A stretch of DNA of 52,750 nt. It comes from a virus. Its lineage: Duplodnaviria; Caudoviricetes. Under the pieces are notes generated by a model. The model was not told the DNA's origin, made no database searches, and saw only the letters and a program-made list of their open reading frames with translations. The position numbers were made by a program, and so were the translations under genes. How positions within the stretch are numbered: position 1 is the first letter of the stretch; each line of letters begins with the position of its first letter. Shown one piece after another: positions 1-8,788 of this stretch. The stretch lies in IMG/VR virus record IMGVR_UViG_3300032308_001864, positions 1 to 52,750 of that record; one strand, given 5' to 3'.

Positions 1-1105
1 CAGATAACCTTTCTGTTATCGCTGAAACTTCTCCCATAACAGGTTGACCCTTTTCATCAACACCAACTTGCGCGATAACCATTTTGTTTTTACCATCAAT
101 GATAGTAGTATCTTTTGATGAAACTGTTACCATACGGCATTTACCAAAAGCATTTGCCAAACTAGTCGGATCCATTTTCTCTAACTTATGACCTTTATTT
201 GCGGAAAGAACTGTACCGCCAGTCAGCACCGCAATATCTTCCAATATAGCAGTTCTTCTATCACCGAAGTCGGGAGCTTTCACAGCTACCGCTTTAATAG
301 TTCCCTGTGCTTTATTCACAATCATAATAGGTAAAGCCTCACCATCTATATCTTCTGCAATCACAAGTAGCGATTTATTCTGTATATGTGCCGCTTGTAA
401 GATTGGTACTATCTGTGCTGACGTAGTAATTCGTCCGTCGTAAATAAGAATGTTAGGTGTCTCTAAAATGGCTTGCATCAGGTTATTATCGGTGACAAAA
501 TAAGGAGATTTATATCCTCGGTCTATCATCATACCTTCTACAATTTCTAAAGAAGTTTCACCTGTTTTAGATTCTTCAATAGCAACAACACCATCATTAC
601 CAACTTTTTCTAATGCGGTAGCTATCAAGTTTCCTATCTCGACATCACCATTAGCAGATACCGTAGCTACTTGCTTAATCTGTTCTTCTGTAGTAATTTC
701 ATTGGATAACTCTCTAAGTCTAGATATTACGGCCTTAACGCCCATATCAATACCCTTCTTTATCTCAACTGGGTTGTTACCTCGTTCTATAACACGCATC
801 CCTTCTTGTATCATAACAGTAGCAAGTAATGTTGAAGTAGTAGTACCATCACCCGCTTTATCAGCTGATTTAATAGCAACTTCTTTAACCATCTGAACTC
901 CAATATTTTCAAGAGGGTCTTCTAGCTTAGTAAAATTTTTAGCTACTGTAACGCCATCTTTAGTTACATTTATAACATTCAGTTCATCATGAATAATTAC
1001 ATTACGTCCCGATGGACCTAAAGTTGAAGAAACGCTGTCATTTAATTTTTGAATACCGCTCAACAATTTAGATTTTAATTTAGTACCAAATTCTGTTTTA
1101 ATCAT
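1..1105 (-). CDS. groEL: Chaperonin GroEL (3' end runs off the window)
   Basis: Not in the ORF track; translated by hand from ATG 1105: MIKTEFG...STLGPSGRNV...VTKDGVTVAK...AGDGTTTST...EGMMIDRGYKSPYF...AVKAPDFGDRR, all GroEL signatures. Confidence 0.98.
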   Translation of the reverse strand, partial: MIKTEFGTKLKSKLLSGIQKLNDSVSSTLGPSGRNVIIHDELNVINVTKDGVTVAKNFTKLEDPLENIGVQMVKEVAIKSADKAGDGTTTSTLLATVMIQEGMRVIERGNNPVEIKKGIDMGVKAVISRLRELSNEITTEEQIKQVATVSANGDVEIGNLIATALEKVGNDGVVAIEESKTGETSLEIVEGMMIDRGYKSPYFVTDNNLMQAILETPNILIYDGRITTSAQIVPILQAAHIQNKSLLVIAEDIDGEALPIMIVNKAQGTIKAVAVKAPDFGDRRTAILEDIAVLTGGTVLSANKGHKLEKMDPTSLANAFGKCRMVTVSSKDTTIIDGKNKMVIAQVGVDEKGQPVMGEVSAITERLS

Positions 1106-1120
1106 TTTTTTGTTTTTTAA

Positions 1121-1345
1121 TTATTCGTTATTATTTGTTTTCAATATGAATATTTTATTTTTGTGGCCAATAAGAGAACGTCCCCACCCCGCAGTAGTTA
1201 TATCAGAAAGAGAGATATCGGTTCGTTCGTCATAGTTAAGATCAATGTATTCTTTCAAATCCTCGTAAAAGCCCGGAAACATTAGAAATTCTCCTTTTCT
1301 AGGGACATCTAAAATGAAAGCAAAATGTTTATCATCGTTACTCAT
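1121..1345 (-). CDS. Hypothetical protein (74 aa) between groES and groEL
   Basis: ATG ORF packed co-directionally between its neighbours; no recognised motif. Confidence 0.65.
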   Translation of the reverse strand: MSNDDKHFAFILDVPRKGEFLMFPGFYEDLKEYIDLNYDERTDISLSDITTAGWGRSLIGHKNKIFILKTNNNE

Positions 1346-1354
1346 TCTATCATA

Positions 1355-1663
1355 TTATTTTAAATCCACTAAAGTTGCCAAGATTTCTACTTCACGGCAT
1401 ATATAATATTCTTCACCATCAATTTTTACTTCTGTAACCACAGCTTTGGGTACAATTACAATATCACCTACTTTAGATTTCATAGGGAAATATGCTTCAA
1501 CTGGAGAGTATGGATTATACATTCCCTCACCCACTGAAATAACTTGAAAATGATTTGATTTTTCTTTTCCTGTATCGGGTATAATAATACCTCCTACCAT
1601 TTCTTGGTCTGATTCTAATTTTTTCAGAACAATTTTGTCATGTAACGCTACTAAAGATTTCAT
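1355..1663 (-). CDS. groES: Co-chaperonin GroES
   Basis: LHDKIVLK, mobile loop GGIIIPDTGKEK, VISVGEG, KVGDIV, EVKIDGEEYYICREVEILA. Confidence 0.95.
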   Translation of the reverse strand: MKSLVALHDKIVLKKLESDQEMVGGIIIPDTGKEKSNHFQVISVGEGMYNPYSPVEAYFPMKSKVGDIVIVPKAVVTEVKIDGEEYYICREVEILATLVDLK

Positions 1664-1682
1664 ATTTGTTTTTTTTTATTTT

Positions 1683-2396
1683 TTATAATGTGTCTAAAGC
1701 TATTAAATAATATTTTGATTTAATTTTACTATCTTCGAATTCTATTTTCATTAATCCGTCAGCAAAAATTACCATGGTTCCTTCTGCGTCTTTATTTCTT
1801 TCAAAAATCTCTTCTATTATATCTGATGAAAATAATAACTTACTCATATCAAATAAGTAAATACCATTACTTGTAAATGAGATTTGATTACTGTAGGAAT
1901 TATCATCACCTACGGTATATTTTAATATTCCTTTTTCTATCAAAACAGAAAATATTTCAGAATTATTAGCTTTTTTAGCTTTTAAAAATCTATCAGAAAA
2001 ACCTTCGTTCAATTTAACCATCAGATCATATTGTCCAGGTTCATCTATATCCGGTACACGTTGTGATACCGAATCGGGGTCACATAAGATGAAAGTGGAA
2101 GTAAAATTAGAATCTTTTATCTTTATGACGTTCTTATCTATCTTCATATTCAATTCTTCTTCTTTTATGTTGAGCAGATTTAAAAGTTTTTTTGGCTCAC
2201 GTATGATAAAAAAACTATCTTCCATTTCTAATTTATTTATACACACCGTAGAAACGGTGGTCGACCCAAATGCTACAACATAAGAAGATAGTATAAGTTT
2301 ATTATTCTTTAAATTCCAAAATATATGATACTCATCGGCCCCTTTCAAGTCTAAAAACACTTTTTTTATAGCCGGTAATAATGTACTTTTATTCAT
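1683..2396 (-). CDS. Putative sliding clamp (T4 gp45-like)
   Basis: About 237 aa alpha/beta protein directly downstream of PolB, which ends in an aromatic clamp-binding-like tail (NKFFKFI). Start moved to ATG 2396 because the upstream TTG overlaps a promoter element. Confidence 0.65.
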   Translation of the reverse strand: MNKSTLLPAIKKVFLDLKGADEYHIFWNLKNNKLILSSYVVAFGSTTVSTVCINKLEMEDSFFIIREPKKLLNLLNIKEEELNMKIDKNVIKIKDSNFTSTFILCDPDSVSQRVPDIDEPGQYDLMVKLNEGFSDRFLKAKKANNSEIFSVLIEKGILKYTVGDDNSYSNQISFTSNGIYLFDMSKLLFSSDIIEEIFERNKDAEGTMVIFADGLMKIEFEDSKIKSKYYLIALDTL

Positions 2397-2403
2397 AGTA
2401 TTG

Positions 2404-2411
2404 CAAATATA
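2404..2411 (-). promoter_or_regulatory. Bacteroidota-type -7 element TATATTTG upstream of the clamp gene
   Basis: Exact TAnnTTTG, 7 nt from ATG 2396; no clean TTTG at the -33 spacing. Confidence 0.6.
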
Positions 2412-2440
2412 CAACTTTTTTTGTCAAAAAAGAAATAAAT

Positions 2441-5038
2441 TTAGATAAATTTAAAAAATTTATTGACATTTTTATTAAAATTAATAGTACCCCAAGATAA
2501 ATTATCATATATTTTTTGAAGTTTTTTAACTAAATTGCCTTCAAACATAGCATCTTTATCTATATACTTATTAGCATAATTTAATATTTCTTCCGGTGTA
2601 TCATATTGAGATATAGCTAAAACTTCTATATTATAAGGATTTTTTGCCAAGTAAACCCATTTCATTTTATCGCCCACTTGTATCACGGCATACATCTTAT
2701 CTAGGTTTTTAAACTTCAAAAGGTCATTATAATGTATCGCGGCTTTAATATGCGCTGCCGTACCAGACGCGATTCTAGAAAATATGGTGCCTTTGATAGG
2801 TTTAGCAAGAACATATTCTTTTAAATTCTTATTTATACCCGATGGTTTAGCTATTTCATTTATTGAAAGAGTTTTAAATTTTTCTCTAAAATCTAAAATA
2901 TCTTTATCTATTTTACTTTTACCGGTGTTGAATAATATGTCTTTAATCAACTTTTGATAAAATTTTCTATACAAAGGCGGGAAAGAACTTTTCATTCCAT
3001 CCAATCCCTTAAAATCAAAATCTTCTTTTGTTATTCCCTCTTTATCAACTATATATTGAGCATATTGTTTCTTAGCAGAAACGTAAAGTGTCTTTGCTAT
3101 AGTCTCAGATTTTATTTTAACACGGTTATTACTGGAGTTAAAATAAGATTTAGTGAATTCTTGTTCATAGAAATTATTCAAATAGTCCGAGAATTCCTTT
3201 GCTATTGGTCTAAGATTTTCGATAACCTCAGCGTCATTCGATAAATCTATCCCAGGGAATCTATTTTTTAAGATATCACAAGCTTCTAAATACAAACTAT
3301 CTGTATCACTCATTATCACGTAGTCTTTATCTGTATCGCATTCCGCACATATCTTTTCGTTCGCCATATCAGCCGAAGTCATGATTATCTTTCTACCACA
3401 TGCAGTTATGGCCGAAGCCAAATAATCTTTACCATCCGAATATCTAAATGATGGTAACCCTAAGCAACCATAAATACTATTAAGAAATACTTTCATAACT
3501 TGCTGATAAAGATCATAGAATTCTTCGGATTTTTTATCACCCGCTTTACCAAATTGAAGCATCAACTGTTTAAATTCTTTTCTTTTTTTAAACCATTCAA
3601 CCATCACTTCAACAAGCACAGAATTACTTTTGCTGTCAAATCCCACCCCATTTGGTGAAATACAAATATCATTTTTTTCTATAATTTTTATTAATGCCCC
3701 AATAGAAATATCTCTAATTGTACCATCTATTTTTTCTATCTGAACAATTTTATTTGGGTCTTTTAATTTCAATTCTTTTAAATTCCAACTATCATCGAAT
3801 TTATCTTCTATGACAATTTTAAAAATAAATGTTTCTATACCCGCATTTAGAAGAATACCGGCAGAAGGATACTCCGATTCAATATCTAGATCAAAGTTCC
3901 AACTATACAATCCTGGTATTGGATCTTTTACATATGCTCCCGCAAATTTTTCATCTTCTTCATCATCATCTAAATTGTCATCCCAAACTTTTTTCAATTC
4001 GGGGTTATTGGTAGATGGTCTATTAGGAGAAATGATGTTCTTTCTTTTTAGATAAGTCATAATACACCCTTCGACCACTTTCGATGATTGGTAAACATAT
4101 TGATATGGCACATGACTTAAATGACAAATCATTATAGCCAAATCTAAAAATTTCTTTTTTTGATCTAGTTCAACTATAAGTCTAACGTCATTAATATTAT
4201 ATTCTATAAATTTATCTATATCTTCTTTAAATAATTTATCTAAAGAACCTTCGTATAAGATTTTACCTTTACCGATCTCTTTTAAACATATATCGTTTAA
4301 TGAATAAGATGGTTGCTGTCTAGGTATAAATTTTTTATATAGTCTGAGGTAGTCCATACAATTCACGCCAGCTATTTTAAAAGGCATTTTATTATCTCTT
4401 TCATCATAATCTACAATACCAATAGGAGATAGAGAATCAGCTTTTTCTCTACCTAAAAGTTTTTTCATTCTATTATATAGATATGGTATATCGAAGTTAT
4501 CCGAATTCCATCCACATACTATGGTTGGGTCAAGTTGAGTCCATTTATCAAGAAAGTTCGATAACAAATCATATTCATTATCACATGGAACTATTGTAAC
4601 CTCATCATTTGGAGAGGATATAGATTTGCCGGTCACATTTTCTACAAATGCATAATATTTTTTTGTATTCTCGTCATACAAAGCAATTGCAGTTATACGG
4701 GAAGGTGCACTAATGCAGTAAGGTAAATTTATGGCGCCTCCCATAACTGTTTCTATGTCGAGGAAAACTCTATTGTGGACTTTTGGAATAGAGTCTTCCT
4801 CTCTATAGATTTCAAGTAATACCGATAAGGTTTTATCTACGTCTTGCTCATAATAATTTAAATCGCCATAAACAACTCTATCGACTTCTTTAACTTTTTT
4901 TCCGTCGAGTGTTGTATATTCGCCATTATCGTCTAGTTTATAATACTTGGGATTATAAGTAAAATTAAACCATCCTTCATTATCGTCGCGTATAAAAACA
5001 TTTCTATTTTTATAATTGTAGTAAACACTTTGGTACAT
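2441..5038 (-). CDS. Family B DNA polymerase (T4 gp43-like) with 3'-5' exonuclease
   Basis: ExoI FLDIET, ExoII GWNSDNFDIPYL, ExoIII YNINDV; motif A DIESEYPS, motif B KVFLNSIYG, motif C SDTDSLY, KKQYA. Confidence 0.97.
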   Translation of the reverse strand: MYQSVYYNYKNRNVFIRDDNEGWFNFTYNPKYYKLDDNGEYTTLDGKKVKEVDRVVYGDLNYYEQDVDKTLSVLLEIYREEDSIPKVHNRVFLDIETVMGGAINLPYCISAPSRITAIALYDENTKKYYAFVENVTGKSISSPNDEVTIVPCDNEYDLLSNFLDKWTQLDPTIVCGWNSDNFDIPYLYNRMKKLLGREKADSLSPIGIVDYDERDNKMPFKIAGVNCMDYLRLYKKFIPRQQPSYSLNDICLKEIGKGKILYEGSLDKLFKEDIDKFIEYNINDVRLIVELDQKKKFLDLAIMICHLSHVPYQYVYQSSKVVEGCIMTYLKRKNIISPNRPSTNNPELKKVWDDNLDDDEEDEKFAGAYVKDPIPGLYSWNFDLDIESEYPSAGILLNAGIETFIFKIVIEDKFDDSWNLKELKLKDPNKIVQIEKIDGTIRDISIGALIKIIEKNDICISPNGVGFDSKSNSVLVEVMVEWFKKRKEFKQLMLQFGKAGDKKSEEFYDLYQQVMKVFLNSIYGCLGLPSFRYSDGKDYLASAITACGRKIIMTSADMANEKICAECDTDKDYVIMSDTDSLYLEACDILKNRFPGIDLSNDAEVIENLRPIAKEFSDYLNNFYEQEFTKSYFNSSNNRVKIKSETIAKTLYVSAKKQYAQYIVDKEGITKEDFDFKGLDGMKSSFPPLYRKFYQKLIKDILFNTGKSKIDKDILDFREKFKTLSINEIAKPSGINKNLKEYVLAKPIKGTIFSRIASGTAAHIKAAIHYNDLLKFKNLDKMYAVIQVGDKMKWVYLAKNPYNIEVLAISQYDTPEEILNYANKYIDKDAMFEGNLVKKLQKIYDNLSWGTINFNKNVNKFFKFI

Positions 5039-5043
5039 TTATT

Positions 5044-5301
5044 TTATTTTTCTTCGGTTTGGTTTGCTTCTAGAAACTCTTGGAAATTGTCAGCAATAAC
5101 ATTTGCTGTATACTTAATAGGGTCTGCTTCTTCGGTAAAAAGAATAACACCCCCATGTAAAGCTGAAAATCCTTCTGTATGCATATACAGAACATCTTCG
5201 CCTCTCTGCATAGCCACGCTATCAGGATTTTGATTATCTAAAAGTAAATCAATATTGTGAGTATTTTTTAACTCGTCTGCTAATTTTTTTAATTCTACCA
5301 T
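5044..5301 (-). CDS. Hypothetical protein (85 aa)
   Basis: Co-directional ATG ORF ending 5 nt before the polB start. Confidence 0.7.
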   Translation of the reverse strand: MVELKKLADELKNTHNIDLLLDNQNPDSVAMQRGEDVLYMHTEGFSALHGGVILFTEEADPIKYTANVIADNFQEFLEANQTEEK

Positions 5302-5337
5302 TTGTAATAAATTTAATTTGTTTTTAAAATTTTTGTT

Positions 5338-5619
5338 TTATTTGTTTAAATTAATAATATTGTTTACTATCTCATTTGCATCAATAGGTTTTTGAATCTC
5401 AATGAATCTTTTTACATTAAAACTTGGTTCAAAGCCCGATGTGTCTAATTTATTATCTATTTCCTCTAACAATATACTAAGGGTGCCACCGGCACATAAA
5501 TGTGTCCCTATGTCCCTCACGGTATATATAACATTTTTAATAGGAGTCACTACATGTTGAAACTCGTAACCTTTTTTAAAAAGGTCATTTATACATATAA
5601 CTAGAGAATTTTTTTCCAT
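5338..5619 (-). CDS. Hypothetical protein
   Basis: Likely start at 5619 (MEKNSLVICIND...) through a TAATG overlap with the upstream gene stop. Confidence 0.7.
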   Translation of the reverse strand: MEKNSLVICINDLFKKGYEFQHVVTPIKNVIYTVRDIGTHLCAGGTLSILLEEIDNKLDTSGFEPSFNVKRFIEIQKPIDANEIVNNIINLNK

Positions 5620-5819
5620 TAGATTATAATAAGTAGTATACCAAAAAATAAACCTATAATCAATAAACATAATAAATCTAATATAAAACTAGAAAATTTT
5701 TTAATTATAGGATGCATTTTTCTTTTATTTAAATAATTTTTAATGTATGTCGCGCCTTCTATTATAGAACTCATTAGTATAAATGCGTATACTGCTACTA
5801 CTGCTAATATAAAAATCAT
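5619..5819 (-). CDS. Small membrane protein, two predicted TM helices
   Basis: Hydrophobic N- and C-terminal stretches separated by a basic loop (KNYLNKRKMHPIIKK). Confidence 0.65.
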   Translation of the reverse strand: MIFILAVVAVYAFILMSSIIEGATYIKNYLNKRKMHPIIKKFSSFILDLLCLLIIGLFFGILLIII

Positions 5820-5821
5820 AT

Positions 5822-6007
5822 CTATTTGTCTTTATCTTCTTCTACTTCTTTACTTTTTAACAGTAAAGTTAAAATCATAGATGCGGCGACCATGTCCTCA
5901 ACCAGTATTTTTAAACTCTTTTTCACTCTATCTATAAGATAGTGGACGTATATAAAGGATATTGCAGTCAAGGCAAATCCTAGTAAAATGTATTGTATCT
6001 CTGTCAT
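5822..6007 (-). CDS. Small membrane protein
   Basis: N-terminal hydrophobic helix YILLGFALTAISFIYVHYLI; first gene after a canonical promoter. Confidence 0.65.
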   Translation of the reverse strand: MTEIQYILLGFALTAISFIYVHYLIDRVKKSLKILVEDMVAASMILTLLLKSKEVEEDKDK

Positions 6008-6025
6008 AAATTATTATTTAGAGGA

Positions 6026-6057
6026 CAAAGATACAACAATATTTACCAAATACCAAA
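6026..6057 (-). promoter_or_regulatory. Bacteroidota primary-sigma promoter
   Basis: Minus strand TTTG (6057-6054), 20 nt spacer, TATCTTTG (6033-6026); intergenic. Confidence 0.85.
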
Positions 6058-6064
6058 TTTATTT

Positions 6065-7711
6065 TTAAGCTTCGCAGCTAGAACACTCTAAAATGTTCCT
6101 AGAAAACTCTTGAGCGGCATTAACATTAAGTTGATAATATAACGATTTTATTCCAAGTTTCCATGCCTCTATGATAAGACTATTAACGTCTTTTATAGGG
6201 ATAGACGGATGTATCATCAAGTTTAATGATTGTGCTTGGTCAATATATTTCTGCCTTTGAGAAGCCTGAATTATGATTTCCATAGGAGTAATTTCTATAA
6301 AAGTCCTAAAAACTTTCTTTTCGTGGTCACTCAAAAAATCTAAATGTTGGACACTACCGGCTTTCATTAGTATACTATTCCACACGTCCATGGTGTTATG
6401 ACCTTTTTCTTCCAATAGTTTTAACAAATGTGGATTTTTATATGTATATTTGATTTTAGCCAAATCTTTAATATAATAATTTGAAATTTGAGGTTCAACA
6501 TTTTCTGAAACTTGTCCTAAAATAAATGCAGATGATTTGGTAGGAGCGATAGCGAGTAAGGTAGTATTCCTACGACCGTAACCTTTTAATACTTCAGGCT
6601 CACCATATTCCTTTGCCAATTTCTCACTGGCCGCATACGCCTTCTCTTTTATATTTTTAGCAATCGCCACGTTCAAAATTTTAGCTTCCATGCTCTCGAA
6701 AGGAATCATCTTACTCTGTAAGTAGCTATGCCACCCTAGTTGCCCGATACCTATCGCACGATGTCTCTCTGCAAACCTAACTGCCCTTTCTAAATAAGGA
6801 ATATCTTTAGCTTTGTTAGTAAAATCGGTGCAAACTGCGTCTAATAAATATACAAATATTTCTACCGCATCCGTGTCTTTCCATTCATCGTAATGAAGAA
6901 TATTTAAAGAACCTAGATCACAGACAAAAGATTCAAGTATACTAGAAGGCAGACCAATTTCCGTACAAAGATTTGAAGCATAAATTTTCATACTTTTATC
7001 CTTATAAACATCTACAGTGTAATTGTTCATATTATCAATAAAAATAATATAAGGATAACCTATTTCAGCACGAGTTTGTAATACCTTAGCCCAAACTTTC
7101 CTTTTATCTATATCACCAGCCATCATTTCTTCCATCCATTTATCAGTAACGGATATACCAAAAGAAATATCCTGTAATGGGCTACCATCACTTTTTATGG
7201 TGAGGTGTTCCATAATATCTTTATGTTCAATCGGTAGATAAGAAGCGAAATTCCCTCTACGGAGTTTACCCTGACTAATTATATTAATCAAATTATCGAA
7301 AGGTTGCATAAAATGCACCGCACCTGAACTTTCTCCATTGTCTTTTATAGCAGCCCCCCTATGTCTCAATTCCCCAAAATAAGCTGAGGTGCCGCCTCCA
7401 ACTTTTGTCATCATGCCTACCTCAGAAATTGTCTGTAAAATGGATTCCATAGAATCACCTATGTAAGATCCAAAACAACTAATAGGAAGACCCCTAGAGT
7501 TCCCAAAATTCGCCCATATTGGGGTAGATAGTGAATACCATCCCTTCTCAATATTAGCCTTTAATTTAGCCCCGTAACCGGGTTTATTCAATATTTTTTC
7601 AGCCGAAGCACATATGATATCTACTCTTTCATCCAGCGTTTGGCCGGGTAACAAATAATCTCTATCTAGAAACACCTGTGATGCTTCATTTAACCACCTA
7701 TAATTTCCCAT
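6065..7711 (-). CDS. nrdA: Class I ribonucleotide reductase alpha subunit, no ATP cone
   Basis: PISCF, KVGGGTS, SNLCTEI (thiyl-radical Cys), FVCDLGS, AIAPTKSS, KSLYY tyrosine pair, C-terminal CSSC; only 548 aa. Confidence 0.97.
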   Translation of the reverse strand: MGNYRWLNEASQVFLDRDYLLPGQTLDERVDIICASAEKILNKPGYGAKLKANIEKGWYSLSTPIWANFGNSRGLPISCFGSYIGDSMESILQTISEVGMMTKVGGGTSAYFGELRHRGAAIKDNGESSGAVHFMQPFDNLINIISQGKLRRGNFASYLPIEHKDIMEHLTIKSDGSPLQDISFGISVTDKWMEEMMAGDIDKRKVWAKVLQTRAEIGYPYIIFIDNMNNYTVDVYKDKSMKIYASNLCTEIGLPSSILESFVCDLGSLNILHYDEWKDTDAVEIFVYLLDAVCTDFTNKAKDIPYLERAVRFAERHRAIGIGQLGWHSYLQSKMIPFESMEAKILNVAIAKNIKEKAYAASEKLAKEYGEPEVLKGYGRRNTTLLAIAPTKSSAFILGQVSENVEPQISNYYIKDLAKIKYTYKNPHLLKLLEEKGHNTMDVWNSILMKAGSVQHLDFLSDHEKKVFRTFIEITPMEIIIQASQRQKYIDQAQSLNLMIHPSIPIKDVNSLIIEAWKLGIKSLYYQLNVNAAQEFSRNILECSSCEA

Positions 7712-7712
7712 T

Positions 7713-8687
7713 TTAAAATAAATCGTTTACTGTTATTGATTGTGTTTTCTTCGAATAATTGGTAGGTCGTTTGTTAAAAAAATCAGTACTAGTTGCCGTG
7801 TACATTTCTTCAATAAACCATTGTAACCCCGACAATTTTTGATCATCTATATTAAAAACTTTATTACCACCTATCATTGCAATAGATTCATTAAATCTAT
7901 ACTTTATAAATTCTTTTAATACATCTTTAGTTAAAAAATCTAATTCACCTTTTTCAAAAATCCAATCAATTATTTTTGCTTCGGCTTCATAAGCTTTTTT
8001 ACAAGCCCTTTCTATTTTTTTATAAAAATCTTCATCGAACCATTCCGGATATTCTTTTTTTATCTCGTTTATTATAAACACCCCCAATAAAGCATGGAGC
8101 ATTTCTTCTTTTTGTGTAGCTTGAACTACATTATCAATATCTTTTAGTATGTTTTTTTCCTTGTTAAAGGATTTAATGATAGCAAATTGACTGAATAAGC
8201 TAACATTTTCTATAAATAAAGAAAATAATGCCAAGGTTAAGGTGTAAATTTGATGGTCGTCTTCTCCAACTCTCTTCAAATATTTACTTAAATAGTCCAC
8301 ACGACCTTGGATAACTGGTTCTTGTAAAAGTAATTCAAAATCTCCGTTTAAATCTAACACTTCTAACAAGTGAGAATAGGCTCTTTCATGTCTAACTTCG
8401 CTTTCAGAAAATGTGGCGCCTACAGCGTTAAACTCAGGTTTAGGGAATCTTTCTCCCAACTTACCCCAAAATGTTTTTACTGATACTTCAATCTGTGAAA
8501 TAGCAAGTAGGGTATTCTTAATAATATTTCTTTCTTTTTCGTCTAATGTAACATTAAAATCTTGTATATCAGAAGTAAAATTAAACTCTGTATGAATCCA
8601 ATATGAATGATTAATGGCGTCAACAAATTTTAAAACTTCGGGATATTCAAAAGGTTTAAATGCTACTCTTTTGGTAAATATGCTCAT
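7713..8687 (-). CDS. nrdB: Class I ribonucleotide reductase beta subunit (class Id-like)
   Basis: KPFEYP, QIEVSVK (E67/K71), ESEVRHERAY (E97/H100/Y104), IENVSLFSQF, EEMLH, DFFNKRPTNY. Confidence 0.97.
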   Translation of the reverse strand: MSIFTKRVAFKPFEYPEVLKFVDAINHSYWIHTEFNFTSDIQDFNVTLDEKERNIIKNTLLAISQIEVSVKTFWGKLGERFPKPEFNAVGATFSESEVRHERAYSHLLEVLDLNGDFELLLQEPVIQGRVDYLSKYLKRVGEDDHQIYTLTLALFSLFIENVSLFSQFAIIKSFNKEKNILKDIDNVVQATQKEEMLHALLGVFIINEIKKEYPEWFDEDFYKKIERACKKAYEAEAKIIDWIFEKGELDFLTKDVLKEFIKYRFNESIAMIGGNKVFNIDDQKLSGLQWFIEEMYTATSTDFFNKRPTNYSKKTQSITVNDLF

Positions 8688-8788
8688 AATTTAATTGTTT
8701 TTTTTACGGAATGTAAAAATAAATAGGTACAAATGTACATTTTTTTTTACCAATTTTCTAATTTTTTTTACGATATATATGATATCTA

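Noticed and set aside
8730-8761. TACATTTG on the minus strand upstream of nrdB as a full promoter
   Set aside because: The -7 element matches but there is no TTTG at the 19-21 nt spacing; plausible but not supported enough to list.
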